The position numbers and the translations under genes are program-made. From Ignavibacteriota bacterium (GTDB lineage: Bacteria; Bacteroidota; Ignavibacteria; UBA10030; UBA6906), in contig CAWDEM010000008.1 in the NCBI GenBank assembly GCA_963801355.1, forward strand, positions 2,880,001 through 2,944,000: 64,000 bases of DNA, written 5' to 3'. Below the pieces are notes generated by a model. That model ran no database searches, had not been told where the DNA came from, and saw nothing but the letters and a program-made list of their open reading frames with translations. Each line of letters begins with the position of its first letter. Position 1 is the first letter of the stretch. Shown here in pieces: positions 1 through 10,518 of this stretch.

Positions 1-1636
1 GATGACTGATCGCGACATCCCGGGGCGGAAAGCGGTACCAGTACTGCACGGTGTCGCCCGTGAAGATCTTTGGCTGATCCAGCAGGATTCTTCCGAAGCC
101 GGTGTTGTAGCCGATGTTGTCGTCGGCGCGGTCAAACTCGCCGACAAGCGGAAGATTCAGCAATAGGTTGGCAGGATCGGTGAAATCCGTTCCCGCATTG
201 GACCGGTAGATGCGGTAGCCGGCAAAATCAAGCGAACGGGAAATAGGGTCGAGTGACAGCTCGGCACTGGACTTGTCCCAGTACACCGCCACATTCTGGT
301 TCTCCACCTCCGCACGTACTTTGGGAGCCCTGGGCGGCTGCGGCAGACGATAGTGATCGAGTTTTCCGTTGCCATTCAGGTCCTCACCGGCATCCAGAAG
401 ATTGTTGCCGTTCACATCCTCGCCATCATAGGCCTGCTGGCACAGGTTTGCGTTTGCCATGAGCTTGCTCCGCTGTTCGCGGGTGTCCTGCCGGGCCGGC
501 TGCGTTCCCGTCTTCCGCGCACAGATCACACCAAAAACAACGTTGAGCGAATCTCCCGGTCTGAGTGTGGCGAACGGACCGGAGGAGAGCAGGGTCGTCA
601 TGTTGTCCGCCTGTGTGCGCAGCGGAACAATCTTGTCCGGCGGAAGTGAAGCTGCCAGGCGTTCATATCTGCTTCTCGCTCCGAGGATGTTCTCCGCGTC
701 GTCCTGGGGGGAGAAATAGTCAATGTCGCCGCTGGAACTGCTAAAACGCCAGGCGTTGTAGTAGGTCCGGCGCGCCAGTGCACCCACCGAGTCAATCTCA
801 TTGGGGAAGGGAACGGCTCCCAGGAGTTTGATGCCGATATAGGAATCCGCGGCTGGGGGTGTGGGGATGCCGTCGAAATCGAACGTATATCCCATGCGCA
901 GAGTGTCAAGGTATCCGTTTCCGCCGTGCTGAAAGTAGCCCGTTGTCCCCGGTCTGACACTGTTGGTGTTGCGCACGACGTTGTTCGTCCAGAGTCCGAC
1001 GTACACGGAATCAAGCGTGTCCACGCCGGCATTGTAGACCGTGTAGTTGAGAATGACAAAGAAATCGGCAAACGGGAAGTTCCACGCATAGCTTTCCTGA
1101 TGCACGCGCAAACCAAGGGGAACACTCTGGTCGGGCGCCGTACTGTCGCGCACGAGAAAATCGGAATAGTCAGCCAGGAAATCCTGGTGGCTGATGGCAT
1201 TCTGGTCAAAATAAGGAAGTTCTGAGAGAGAAGACCGTTGAACGATGGATGTTTCCTGGAAGGAGCGGAACTCGATTCCCTTGCCGGTCGTGGTGGACAC
1301 GCGGTCACTGGAACCGGTGGAGACATGGATCTGGCCGGTCCGCCTCGAAACCGCACCTACCCAGAGCGCACCCTGATACAAGTGCTCCACCCGGGAACCG
1401 CGGGGATATTCACAGGATGGTTGGTTCGGCCAGTAGGCATTCCGGGTGCCGATTGTGCCGAAGTTGGTGACCGTCAGCCCGATGCTGCCCGCTGTGGTAT
1501 AGAATCGATCCGTGTCCTCCTGGATTTTCTGGAGCCCGGGAAGTGAAACGCGGTCGTCGTCGCCCGTCTGTGCCACAAACCCGGGGGCTAGCAATGACAG
1601 ACAGAGACCCCCCCCAAGTAAGCCCTTACGGATCAA
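1..1636 (-). CDS. Secreted hypothetical protein, N-terminal part only (runs off the left edge); FCB-group surface/T9SS-cargo-like family
   Basis: Manual translation (absent from ORF track, consistent with no stop in window): TTG 1636, signal-like LIRKGLLGGGLCLSLLAPGFVA, then GLTVTNFG, SCEYPRGSRVEHLYQGALWVG, QESYAWNFPFADFFVILNYTV; same frame at position 1 (FDRADDNIGYNTG...YWYRF). Start uncertain. Confidence 0.8.
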   Translation of the reverse strand, partial: MIRKGLLGGGLCLSLLAPGFVAQTGDDDRVSLPGLQKIQEDTDRFYTTAGSIGLTVTNFGTIGTRNAYWPNQPSCEYPRGSRVEHLYQGALWVGAVSRRTGQIHVSTGSSDRVSTTTGKGIEFRSFQETSIVQRSSLSELPYFDQNAISHQDFLADYSDFLVRDSTAPDQSVPLGLRVHQESYAWNFPFADFFVILNYTVYNAGVDTLDSVYVGLWTNNVVRNTNSVRPGTTGYFQHGGNGYLDTLRMGYTFDFDGIPTPPAADSYIGIKLLGAVPFPNEIDSVGALARRTYYNAWRFSSSSGDIDYFSPQDDAENILGARSRYERLAASLPPDKIVPLRTQADNMTTLLSSGPFATLRPGDSLNVVFGVICARKTGTQPARQDTREQRSKLMANANLCQQAYDGEDVNGNNLLDAGEDLNGNGKLDHYRLPQPPRAPKVRAEVENQNVAVYWDKSSAELSLDPISRSLDFAGYRIYRSNAGTDFTDPANLLLNLPLVGEFDRADDNIGYNTGFGRILLDQPKIFTGDTVQYWYRFPPRDVAISH

Positions 1637-1675
1637 TTGCGAGTATCCATTGGTGACGTGAACGAAGGAATTAAT

Positions 1676-1704
1676 AGTATACCCCTTTGGGGCTGGAAAG
1701 TCAA
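1676..1704 (-). promoter_or_regulatory. sigma70-type promoter for the secreted protein gene
   Basis: TTGACT-17 nt-TATACT on the minus strand. Confidence 0.65.
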
Positions 1705-1746
1705 GTTGCATTTCTGAGGGAATTTTGGCACTTTTCTGTACGAACG

Positions 1747-3948
1747 ATGACGTTTCTCAACCCACTGGTGCTGTTTGGCCTCGCAGCGGCGGCCATCCCC
1801 ATTTTGATCCACCTGCTGAACATCCGTAAACTGAAGGTCATTGATTTCAGCTCTCTCCGGTTTCTCAAGGAGCTGCAGAAGACACGGATGCGCCGTCTGA
1901 AGCTCCGGCAGTGGCTCATACTCCTGTTGCGAACGCTTTTGATCATTTTTCTCGTGCTCGCCTTTTCCCGTCCCGCTCTGAAAGGTTCGTTTGCTGGACC
2001 GGGCGGTGGGCGTGCATCAAGCACGGTGGTCATCCTTCTGGACGATTCTCCGAGCATGGGAATGAGAAACGACCACGGAGTGCTGTTTGACCAGGCACGC
2101 GAAGCCGCTTCACAGCTCCTGAGCACGACCCCGGCTTCCGATGAGGTCTACCTTTTCCTCCTCTCGGATATTTTTGATCCCCATGCCGCGCCGGTCCCGG
2201 TGACTCCCGAGGCGGCATTAAAAGCCCTGAAGGGAATGGCTGTATCGCAGCGGTCGGTGCCGTACACTTCCTTTGTCGCACGCGCACTTCGTGTACTGGC
2301 GTCATCCCATAATGCAAACAAGGAAATCGTGCTGATGACCGACGGTCAGGGAACCGCCTTCTCGCTTGCGGACACAGCGGCGCTTGCGGATCTGCCGCAC
2401 GGCACGGACGCAGGCGTGTTCCTGACCGAGATCCTGCCGTCTCTTCGCGACAACGGTGCGGTGACATCGCTGACTGTGGAAAGCCGCCTCCTCTCCCTGC
2501 AACGCCCGATTGCCTTCCGCGGCACACTGACAAATTTTGGCAACCGGCCGATCACCAACACGCTGGCGAGTCTCTATCTGGATGGGGCGCGCGTCGCCCA
2601 GCAATCCGTGAGCGTGGCACCCCATGCGACCGCCGCTGTTTCGATGGCCGCGGTGGCAAAACGGAGGGGCGTTCTTACTGCATCACTGCGTATCGACGAC
2701 GACGTGCTGGACATCGACAACAGCCGCTTCTGTGTGCTTCGCATTCCCGCCCGGATAGCCGTCACGTGCATCGGCACGACTGCCGCCGATACGCGATTCC
2801 CGAGCCTAGCACTCGCTACCGCAGCCGATTCCACACAGGCCGGCGTCTTCAGTGTACAACAGATCACACGCGACCGCATACAGTTCACCGACATCAGCGC
2901 CCGGGATGTTCTCGTGCTGTGCAATATCCGCTCTTTGACCCCCTCCGAAGTCACCCGCATCGCCGGGGCTGTCAAGTCTGGCAGGAGCCTGGTACTCTTC
3001 CCGGGCAAGGAGACGGACTATACGGAGATGAACAAGGGGCTTCTCGCGGCACTCGGAATCCCCGCTGTCACGCCTGCTGATCCGGGTCTGCTGGCACCCG
3101 GGCAGACGGGTTTTCTGAGTTTCTCCACCGTCGACTACGGACACCCGATCTTCGAGGGGATGTTTCTCCAGGAACCGGGCAAACGCGGCAGTGCTCCGGC
3201 CATCGAATCTCCCCGCATCCGGACCGCAGCCGGCCTCCGCACAGGCACAACCGGTATGGCGATCGTCAGCATGAGCGACGGACGACCGTTCCTGTGCGAA
3301 TACACTGCAGGCAAAGGGCGTGTGCTCATGTTTGCCGTTGAGAGCGGGGCTACATGGTCGGATTTTCCTTTCAAGGGGGTATTTGCTCCGCTTCTGCACC
3401 GTTCAATCATGTATCTTGTCTCGCAACACGGGGACATTGAAGATGCCACCGTGGGGGATCGTCTCAGGTTTCCCGTGCGCATGACGGCGGAAGAATCGGG
3501 CCGGGGGTATCTGGTACGGTCTCCTTCCGGAGGCGAAGAGCGCGTGCAACCCGAGCAGCACGCCGCATCGGGGATCACGGTTTTTCAGACCTCGCCGTCC
3601 AGGGAAACCGGATCATATTTGCTTCTGCCGGCAAATGGTGCACCGAACAGCACGGAGCCGATGCAGGCGATCGCGGTGAACACCGCCGCCCCTGAGTCGG
3701 ATCTCGCGCAGGTCGAAGAAGAGGCGCTGTCGGCGTTCTGGAATCGCATGGGGATACCGGCGGAACGGGTCCGGCGCCTCGACGCGCCGGGCGATCTGCT
3801 TCGTGTTGTGCGGGAGGCCCGCATCGGCGTCGAGCTCTGGGCATATTTCCTTGCACTGGCTCTTGCCTGCGCCCTCATAGAAATGGCGCTCGGCAGGGCG
3901 GGTGCATCCACCATCGACAAGGAGGGTCATGTTGAACACAGCCAGTAA
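1747..3948 (+). CDS. BatA (aerotolerance regulator N-terminal) / VWA domain membrane protein
   Basis: MTFLNPLVLFGLAAAAIPILIHLL...FSSLRFL N-terminus; MIDAS-like DDSPSM and LMTDGQ; C-terminal ELW + TM helix. Confidence 0.85.
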   Translation: MTFLNPLVLFGLAAAAIPILIHLLNIRKLKVIDFSSLRFLKELQKTRMRRLKLRQWLILLLRTLLIIFLVLAFSRPALKGSFAGPGGGRASSTVVILLDDSPSMGMRNDHGVLFDQAREAASQLLSTTPASDEVYLFLLSDIFDPHAAPVPVTPEAALKALKGMAVSQRSVPYTSFVARALRVLASSHNANKEIVLMTDGQGTAFSLADTAALADLPHGTDAGVFLTEILPSLRDNGAVTSLTVESRLLSLQRPIAFRGTLTNFGNRPITNTLASLYLDGARVAQQSVSVAPHATAAVSMAAVAKRRGVLTASLRIDDDVLDIDNSRFCVLRIPARIAVTCIGTTAADTRFPSLALATAADSTQAGVFSVQQITRDRIQFTDISARDVLVLCNIRSLTPSEVTRIAGAVKSGRSLVLFPGKETDYTEMNKGLLAALGIPAVTPADPGLLAPGQTGFLSFSTVDYGHPIFEGMFLQEPGKRGSAPAIESPRIRTAAGLRTGTTGMAIVSMSDGRPFLCEYTAGKGRVLMFAVESGATWSDFPFKGVFAPLLHRSIMYLVSQHGDIEDATVGDRLRFPVRMTAEESGRGYLVRSPSGGEERVQPEQHAASGITVFQTSPSRETGSYLLLPANGAPNSTEPMQAIAVNTAAPESDLAQVEEEALSAFWNRMGIPAERVRRLDAPGDLLRVVREARIGVELWAYFLALALACALIEMALGRAGASTIDKEGHVEHSQ

Positions 3949-5179
3949 CCGGGAGCGCGCCATCCTCGTCGGAGTGACACTGCAGGCGTCGGGACGCGAA
4001 CGGACGCAGGAATACCTTCAGGAATTGACGCTGCTTGCCGACACGGCGGGAGCCGAGGTCGTCGCACAGATCATTCAGGAACGCCACTCTATCGATGCCG
4101 CGTTCTACATCGGCAAGGGGAAGGCTGAAGAGATTGCGTTCCTGGTCGAAGAGAAAAGCGCCACCCTGGTGATCTTTGACGATGACCTGAGCGCGGTCCA
4201 GGTCCGCAATCTCCAGAAATTGTTCAAGGTCAAGATCCTGGACCGGAGCGGCGTGATCCTCTCCATTTTCGCCTCACGGGCGCGGACCCGCGAGGCAAAG
4301 ACTCAGGTGGAGCTGGCGCAATTGCAGTATATGCTTCCCCGCCTCACACGGCAGTGGACACATCTTTCGAAGCAATACGGCGGCATCGGCACCAAGGGCC
4401 CGGGCGAGACGCAAATTGAGACCGACCGGCGGGTGCTGCGCACGCGCATCGGCACACTCAAGGAGAAGCTCACCCAGATTGACCGTGAACGTGCCATCCA
4501 GCGCAAGGGACGCGAGCACTTCACACGCATCGCGCTGGTGGGCTACACCAACGCGGGAAAATCCACGGTGTTGAACTGGTTTTCCGCCGCCGATGTGCTC
4601 GCGGAAGACCGGCTGTTTGCCACGCTCGACTCAACCGTGCGGCTGGTCAAACTCTCCCCCGTCCATGTCGTGCTGCTCTCCGACACCGTAGGCTTCATCC
4701 GGAAACTCCCGCATCACCTGGTCGCGTCGTTTAAGAGCACACTCGATGAAGTGCGCGAGGCGGACATGCTCCTGCACATCGTGGATGTCAGCCATCACCT
4801 TTTCGAGGAACAGATGACAGTGGTGCATGAGACGCTCGACGACATCGGCGCAACGGGAAAACCTACCATCATCGTGTTCAACAAGATTGACCGGCTTCCC
4901 AACCGCAATGTCGTGGGGTACCTCACGTCGAATCATCCGGAAGCGGCATTTGTTTCCGCCACGCGAGGCATCGGCATGAACGCGTTGCAGGAGAAACTCA
5001 TTACGATCCTGGATGCGGAGGTCGTGGAGCAGGAAATCAACGTCAGACACAAGGACTACGCCATCATCGCACGGATACATGAAGCCGGCCAGGTACTCTC
5101 CACGGAGTACGACGGAGAGATGGTGCGCCTGCGGTTCCGCATGCGGAAAGTGCTCGTGGAACGGCTCTTAAAGAAATAA
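3929..5179 (+). CDS. hflX: Ribosome-splitting GTPase HflX
   Basis: EAKTQVELAQLQY, GPGETQIETDRR, GYTNAGKS, LFATLD, DTVGFI, NKID; GGAGG upstream of ATG 3929. Confidence 0.95.
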   Translation: MLNTASNRERAILVGVTLQASGRERTQEYLQELTLLADTAGAEVVAQIIQERHSIDAAFYIGKGKAEEIAFLVEEKSATLVIFDDDLSAVQVRNLQKLFKVKILDRSGVILSIFASRARTREAKTQVELAQLQYMLPRLTRQWTHLSKQYGGIGTKGPGETQIETDRRVLRTRIGTLKEKLTQIDRERAIQRKGREHFTRIALVGYTNAGKSTVLNWFSAADVLAEDRLFATLDSTVRLVKLSPVHVVLLSDTVGFIRKLPHHLVASFKSTLDEVREADMLLHIVDVSHHLFEEQMTVVHETLDDIGATGKPTIIVFNKIDRLPNRNVVGYLTSNHPEAAFVSATRGIGMNALQEKLITILDAEVVEQEINVRHKDYAIIARIHEAGQVLSTEYDGEMVRLRFRMRKVLVERLLKK

Positions 5180-5202
5180 CCACTCACTGCCCGGAATATC
5201 AC

Positions 5203-5976
5203 ATGCTCAACGTCGCCATCGAAGCCGCCCGCGAGGCGGGACGTTTCCTCAGACTCAGCGTCGGGAAAGTCCGTAATGTGGAACAGAAGCAAGGGGAGGA
5301 GCGAAACCTAGTTTCAGAAATCGACCGGGGCGCGGAAGAACGGATCATCGGCATCATCAAGCGGCACTATCCCTCGCACGCAATCCTCGCGGAGGAGAGC
5401 GGCGGCAGCGAGGCGCCGGCGGACCACCGGTGGATCATCGATCCCCTGGATGGCACCACGAATTTCCTGCACGGCGTTCCCATCTTCTGCGTCAGCATCG
5501 GCGTGGAACAGCGGGGAGAAGTCGTGGCGGGCGTTGTGTATGACCCCTGCAGGGACGAGCTGTTCACAGCGGAAAAAGGGAAAGGGGCGTTCCTCAACGG
5601 CAAACGCCTGAAGGTCTCCGGCAATGCGCGGATGATCGAGAGCCTGCTGGTCACGGGCTTCCCGTATGACATCGCAGCAAATCCTGATGCCGCGGTGGAA
5701 CGGTTTGTAGGGTTCCTGATGGCGGCACAGGGTGTGCGGCGGCTCGGCTCGGCAGCCCTGGACCTCTGTTATGTTGCAGCCGGGAGATTCGATGGATACT
5801 GGGAGGTATCTCTCAACCCGTGGGACATGGCGGCGGGAGCGTTGTTCGTGCGGGAGGCGGGCGGGATGACAACCGATATGACCGGCGCACCCCTGAACAT
5901 CTACCGGAAACGTGTGGTCGCCAGCAACGGGCTCATCCACGGGGCGATGCTGGAGGTTCTCCGCACAGGGCGGTAG
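5203..5976 (+). CDS. suhB: Inositol monophosphatase family protein
   Basis: WIIDPLDGTTNF, RRLGSAALDLCYVAAGRFDGYWE, PWDMAAG. Confidence 0.92.
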   Translation: MLNVAIEAAREAGRFLRLSVGKVRNVEQKQGEERNLVSEIDRGAEERIIGIIKRHYPSHAILAEESGGSEAPADHRWIIDPLDGTTNFLHGVPIFCVSIGVEQRGEVVAGVVYDPCRDELFTAEKGKGAFLNGKRLKVSGNARMIESLLVTGFPYDIAANPDAAVERFVGFLMAAQGVRRLGSAALDLCYVAAGRFDGYWEVSLNPWDMAAGALFVREAGGMTTDMTGAPLNIYRKRVVASNGLIHGAMLEVLRTGR

Positions 5977-7320
5977 TCAGTGGAGCTGCGGTGTTGACCA
6001 GGGGGTGACACCCTGGTTGTCAACGATGGACCGGATACGGGGCCGCAGCTGTACGGGTGCGTCGCCGATCGTGATGCAGGACGCCAGCTCATCGCGGACA
6101 CGCTCCACCACTTCACTGCGGTCCGAAAAGATTTCTGCGATTGTGCCGCCCCTGTCAACCCGGTCGCCAGTCTTCTTCTTCAACACGATGCCGGCTGTGG
6201 CATCGATGATGTCGTCGGCTTTCTGCCGGCCGGCACCAAGTTCCGTCGCGAGCACGCCGATCCGCCGTGTCGCAAAACTCTGCACATAGCCCTCCTCCTG
6301 ACTCGTGAGTTCGGCGGCGTACCGGGGCTTGGGGTACCGCTCCGGCTGCTCCAAGTAGGTGATGTCCCCACCCTGCCGGCGAACAATCTCCAGAAACTTC
6401 TGATATGCCCGTCCGGACCAGAGTGCGGACCGGCATTGCTCCATCCCTTCCTGCACCGATGCCGCCTTCCCGCCGAGCCAGACCATGGCGCCGCCCAGAA
6501 CGTAGGTCACCTCCATGAGGTCGGCGACATTCTTGCCGCGAAGGCATTCGACACATTCCATCACCTCCACCCAGTTGCCGATCGCCGTTCCAAGCGGTTG
6601 GTCCATTTCGGTCAGGAATGCCACCACGCGTTTCCCCGCACGCGTCCCGATGGCCACGAGGGCTTTCGCCAGAGACTCGGCATCCTCGTAATTCCTCATG
6701 AAGGCACCGTCACCGGTTTTCACGTCCAGCACAAGCGCATCGATGCCTTCCGCCAGCTTCTTGCTCATAATGCTTCCGGCAATGAGCGGGACAGATTCAA
6801 TGGTCCCGGTGACGTCGCGAAGGGCATACATCTTCCGGTCCGCCGGGGCAATTTCCGCCGTCTGACCGATGAGGACGAGGCCGGTTTCGGCGATGACCCT
6901 GCGGAATTCATCGACAGAAAGGTCGGTGCGAAACCCGGGGATCGACTCAAGCTTGTCCAGTGTACCCCCTGTGTGCCCGAGACCCCGTCCGGAGATCATC
7001 GGCACGGGGACTCCGCACGCCGCCACCATGGGGGCAAGAATGAGTGACACTTTGTCGCCCACGCCGCCGGTGGAGTGTTTGTCCACTTTGATGCCGGGGA
7101 CATCGGAGAGATCCACGACAACGCCCGAGTGGAGCATGACGTCGGTGAGCGCCGAGGTTTCCTCCCCGGTCATGCCGCGGAAGTACACAGCCATGAGGAA
7201 CGCGGACATTTGATAGTCGGGTATTCTCCCTGCGACGTATCCGTCAAGCAGCCAGAGAATTTCCTCGCGTGTCAGTGCGCCGCCACCGCGTTTCTTGTGT
7301 ATGAGTTCAACGGGATTCAT
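5977..7320 (-). CDS. pdp: Pyrimidine-nucleoside / thymidine phosphorylase
   Basis: DKHSTGGVGDK, SGRGLGHTGGTLDKLESIPG, SIMSKK. Confidence 0.93.
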   Translation of the reverse strand: MNPVELIHKKRGGGALTREEILWLLDGYVAGRIPDYQMSAFLMAVYFRGMTGEETSALTDVMLHSGVVVDLSDVPGIKVDKHSTGGVGDKVSLILAPMVAACGVPVPMISGRGLGHTGGTLDKLESIPGFRTDLSVDEFRRVIAETGLVLIGQTAEIAPADRKMYALRDVTGTIESVPLIAGSIMSKKLAEGIDALVLDVKTGDGAFMRNYEDAESLAKALVAIGTRAGKRVVAFLTEMDQPLGTAIGNWVEVMECVECLRGKNVADLMEVTYVLGGAMVWLGGKAASVQEGMEQCRSALWSGRAYQKFLEIVRRQGGDITYLEQPERYPKPRYAAELTSQEEGYVQSFATRRIGVLATELGAGRQKADDIIDATAGIVLKKKTGDRVDRGGTIAEIFSDRSEVVERVRDELASCITIGDAPVQLRPRIRSIVDNQGVTPWSTPQLH

Positions 7321-7892
7321 TGTTCTCGGTCACTCTCCCCGACATGTTCCCTCCGGGCCACGAGAAGCAATCCGATGATCGTTTTGGCATCGGTAATCTC
7401 GCCGCGGTCAATCATCCCCAGGGCGTCCTGAAGACGCACGGTGCGCAGCGACATGGTGAATTCCCCCTCTTCCCTCTTGTGACCTCCAGGCGACAGCCGG
7501 AGGTTCCCTCCGCGGAAGATGTGGAGGACTTCATCGCAAAACCCCGGCGATGTATGGAATGCACAGAGCTTTGTCAGCGATCCCGCGATCCAGCCGGTCT
7601 CCTCCTCCAGTTCGCGTGCTGCACAGTGCACGGGGTCCTCACCGGGTGCGAGCTTCCCTGCCGGCAGTTCCAGTATGTGCCGCTCAATCGGATAGCGGAG
7701 TTGGTCCACCAGGATCACCCGGCCGTCATCGGTGAGCGGCACGACCGCCGCACCTCCCGGGTGGTGTGCTACTTCGCGGACGGTCTTCGTCCCGGAGGGA
7801 TATTCGACCTCGTCCACGTAGAGGTCGATGATGCGTCCGGTGTAGAGGCGGGTGCGGGAGAGCTGCTTCAGTTCCACCGGCGCGTCAGGCAT
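7317..7892 (-). CDS. nudF: NUDIX hydrolase, ADP-ribose pyrophosphatase type
   Basis: Nudix box ELPAGKLAPGEDPVHCAARELEEETG; SPGF; ITDAKT. Confidence 0.85.
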   Translation of the reverse strand: MPDAPVELKQLSRTRLYTGRIIDLYVDEVEYPSGTKTVREVAHHPGGAAVVPLTDDGRVILVDQLRYPIERHILELPAGKLAPGEDPVHCAARELEEETGWIAGSLTKLCAFHTSPGFCDEVLHIFRGGNLRLSPGGHKREEGEFTMSLRTVRLQDALGMIDRGEITDAKTIIGLLLVARREHVGESDREQ

Positions 7893-8469
7893 TGCCCCTG
7901 CTCCCGGGTTTCACTGCGGGGATACCCTGAGCACAGAGCGGACAGGCATCGGGTCTGTACGTAACGGCATGCAGGCGGAGCACGGGAACGAGCGGCTCGG
8001 GCGCCTGGTCGAACCGCACCGTCCCACCGCTCCGGTCGACGATGCACGCCACCCCGGTGAGTGCGCCGCCCCGCTCCAAGACAAGCTTGACCACTTCCTG
8101 TACCGAGCCGCCGGTGGTCACGACGTCTTCGCACACAAGCACGCGCTCGCCGGCGGCGATCTCGAACCCCCGGCGGATCTGCATGATGCCTTCTTTCCGC
8201 TCGGCGAAAATCGTGCGAACGTCAAGCTGACGCCCCACTTCCTGAGCCACCACGATGCCTCCCATGGCGGGCGCCACGACGACATCGATGCGGTGAGCAC
8301 GGAAGTGCTCTGCAATCACCCGGCAGAGTGTTTCACAGTGGCGCGGATGCTGCAGGACCCTGGCACACTGGAAATACTGATTACTGTGGAGCCCGGAGGT
8401 CAACAGAAAGTGCCCTTCCAGGAGTGCACCGGTCTCTTTGAATATGCCCAACACCTGGTCCTGATTCAT
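7885..8469 (-). CDS. pyrE: Orotate phosphoribosyltransferase
   Basis: GHFLLTSGLHS, PRPP motif VCEDVVTTGGS, C-terminal CPLC..KPGSR; ATG 8469 chosen. Confidence 0.93.
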   Translation of the reverse strand: MNQDQVLGIFKETGALLEGHFLLTSGLHSNQYFQCARVLQHPRHCETLCRVIAEHFRAHRIDVVVAPAMGGIVVAQEVGRQLDVRTIFAERKEGIMQIRRGFEIAAGERVLVCEDVVTTGGSVQEVVKLVLERGGALTGVACIVDRSGGTVRFDQAPEPLVPVLRLHAVTYRPDACPLCAQGIPAVKPGSRGNA

Positions 8470-8511
8470 GGGGATCTGCGTGCAGTGAAGTGGGAGTGGT
8501 GTCCGGAGCAT

Positions 8512-9162
8512 TTACAGGGAGAATCGTACTCCGGCGTGAGTAGTGATGAGCAGGCCTGTATCGGGATCATTGAACACATACATCGCGCCGCCCTGCACTT
8601 GCAGGGCAATGGTCCGGCTGACATAGTAATCAAGCCCGGCAGAAACCGAACCTGCGAGATGAAACATCGCGGGAATTTCATAATACGTCCGGCGTACGCC
8701 GTTGAGGATCGCCTTATATTCGGCTCCCGTCATGCGAAGAACGCCGACCTCTGCTCCGAAAAAGGGAGACATCCGGAGGCCGGGGCGCACGTAGTTCCTG
8801 ACAGCGAGAAACAGATAGACGCCGGTGAGATGGGTAACCTGCGGAATCACGTCTGGAAATTTTTCTGCAAAGGCCCCGCGGCGAAAGCTGAACAGCGCCA
8901 CCTCGCTGCCGACACCGAACCGTACAAGATCATTGGCTCTAAAAAGAAATTCCACGCCGCCCGACGGACCGCGCATCCAGAACTCTTTGAGCCCGGCATG
9001 GGACAGCGGCACGGTCATGCCCCCGGTGATCTCGAGCGTCCTGTCACGCGGAGAATACACGATCCGGGGAATCTCTTCCTGGTCGTCACGAGAGAGCTGT
9101 GCAATACCGCACAACGGCAGACCCAGCATGACGATCAGCAGGATCGATTTGAGCGGGATCAC
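8512..9162 (-). CDS. Exported hypothetical protein, probably a small outer-membrane beta-barrel
   Basis: Signal-like N-terminus, alternating amphipathic strands (SPFFGAEVG, SAGLDYY), ends AGVRFSL; GTG 9162 overlaps the upstream TGA (GTGA). Confidence 0.65.
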   Translation of the reverse strand: MIPLKSILLIVMLGLPLCGIAQLSRDDQEEIPRIVYSPRDRTLEITGGMTVPLSHAGLKEFWMRGPSGGVEFLFRANDLVRFGVGSEVALFSFRRGAFAEKFPDVIPQVTHLTGVYLFLAVRNYVRPGLRMSPFFGAEVGVLRMTGAEYKAILNGVRRTYYEIPAMFHLAGSVSAGLDYYVSRTIALQVQGGAMYVFNDPDTGLLITTHAGVRFSL

Positions 9163-9629
9163 CAGCCTCTGGCTCTCCGCAGTCCCATGATGTGTTCGCA
9201 ATGTTTCTCCCCATGGCGCGCGTAGGTTTCGAGAGTCCCCTGCATCGTTACTTCCCCCCGTTCCGGATGCAGTGCTGTGCGGGACCAGGCGCTTTCCGGC
9301 AACCGTTCAAGGAAATCCGCCCAGCGGCGGTGCAATCCGTCGAGCAGGTCAAGGGATGGTGCAACTGCACCATGTGCCGCGTCATCGTTTGCCGCCCAGA
9401 CATTCTGATCGTATGGTGTGATGGTGGGGCGTTCCTGGTTCACCATCCATTTCATGCGCAGGTAGGCATGCAGATGAGAGTCAGCCAGATGATGGACCAC
9501 CTGACGCACCGTCCATCCCCCCTCGCGGTACGGTGTATCGAGCTGGGCGTCGCTGAGCCCTGCGATAGTCGCCCGCAGTTTCGCGGGCAGTTCCCTGAGC
9601 GTACGGAGTTGCATTACACGATCAGCCAT
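9159..9629 (-). CDS. YfiT/BstA-like DinB-family bacillithiol transferase / metal-dependent hydrolase
   Basis: QLDTPYREGGWTVRQVVHHLADSH, PYDQ, YARHGEKH. Confidence 0.85.
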   Translation of the reverse strand: MADRVMQLRTLRELPAKLRATIAGLSDAQLDTPYREGGWTVRQVVHHLADSHLHAYLRMKWMVNQERPTITPYDQNVWAANDDAAHGAVAPSLDLLDGLHRRWADFLERLPESAWSRTALHPERGEVTMQGTLETYARHGEKHCEHIMGLRRARGW

Positions 9630-9702
9630 GAAGGGCTCCCTGCAATGTGACACTCTGTAAGGAATGAACTTCCTGTCTCTCCCGCAACACGTCCGCTGTC
9701 CG

Positions 9703-10518
9703 TCAGGTGCCACCGACCGGTGCGCGGCGCACCAGCCCCATGCGCTGGCCGAGAAACCGTTCCCCCACCTCCGTGAATTTTGCCGGGATATCACTCACAA
9801 AGAACCGCAGATTGGGCTTCTGGACACTCGGATTGCGGAGGTCATGCGCATCAAGCACCTGACCCACTTCTGCGGCCGTCGCCCCGCCCGAATCGATCAA
9901 GGTCACACCGGTTCCCGTTGCGGCGGCAATCGCCCGGCGTAACACGGGATAGTGCGTACAGCCGAGGATCAGTGTGTCAATCTTTTCCAGCATGAGGGGG
10001 AAGAGATATTCCCGCGCGACGAGATCCGTGACCTGGTGATCGCTCCATCCCTCTTCGGCCAGGGAGACAAAAAGCGGACAGGCCTGGGAAAACACCTGGA
10101 CGTCGGGGGCGATCTGCCGCAGGGTGTGGGCGTAGGCTTTGCTGTTCACCGTGGCGCGGGTACCGATGATGCCTATGCGTTTCTTGCGTGTCGCTGCCAC
10201 CGCGGCGGCGGCACCCGGCACAATCACGCCGACGACCGGCATCCGTGCACGCTTCTGCACGACATCCAGAGCCACGGCCGACACGGTATTGCATGCGACG
10301 ACGACGATCTTGACGTCATTCCCCAGGAGGAAGTCGACGTCCTGGGCGGCATATTCCCTCACCACCTCGGGCGATTTGGATCCGTACGGCACGCGTGCGG
10401 TGTCGCCGAAGTAGACGATGTTCTCATGGGGGAAGGCCTGCGTCAGCGCACGGACAACCGTCAAGCCGCCGATGCCGCTGTCAAAGACGCCGATGGGTTT
10501 TTGCCGTGGAGCGCTCAT
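9703..10518 (-). CDS. murI: Glutamate racemase
   Basis: FDSGIGGLTV, PYGSKS, catalytic ACNT and LGCTHY. Confidence 0.95.
   Translation of the reverse strand: MSAPRQKPIGVFDSGIGGLTVVRALTQAFPHENIVYFGDTARVPYGSKSPEVVREYAAQDVDFLLGNDVKIVVVACNTVSAVALDVVQKRARMPVVGVIVPGAAAAVAATRKKRIGIIGTRATVNSKAYAHTLRQIAPDVQVFSQACPLFVSLAEEGWSDHQVTDLVAREYLFPLMLEKIDTLILGCTHYPVLRRAIAAATGTGVTLIDSGGATAAEVGQVLDAHDLRNPSVQKPNLRFFVSDIPAKFTEVGERFLGQRMGLVRRAPVGGT

Noticed and set aside
1608-1615. G8 run in the signal-peptide region of the left-edge gene as a phase-variation tract
   Set aside because: Currently in frame (Gly-Gly-Gly); no evidence of variation from one sequence
1726-1740. TGGCAC upstream of the BatA-like gene as a sigma54 promoter
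   Set aside because: The -12 position reads TGTA rather than TTGC
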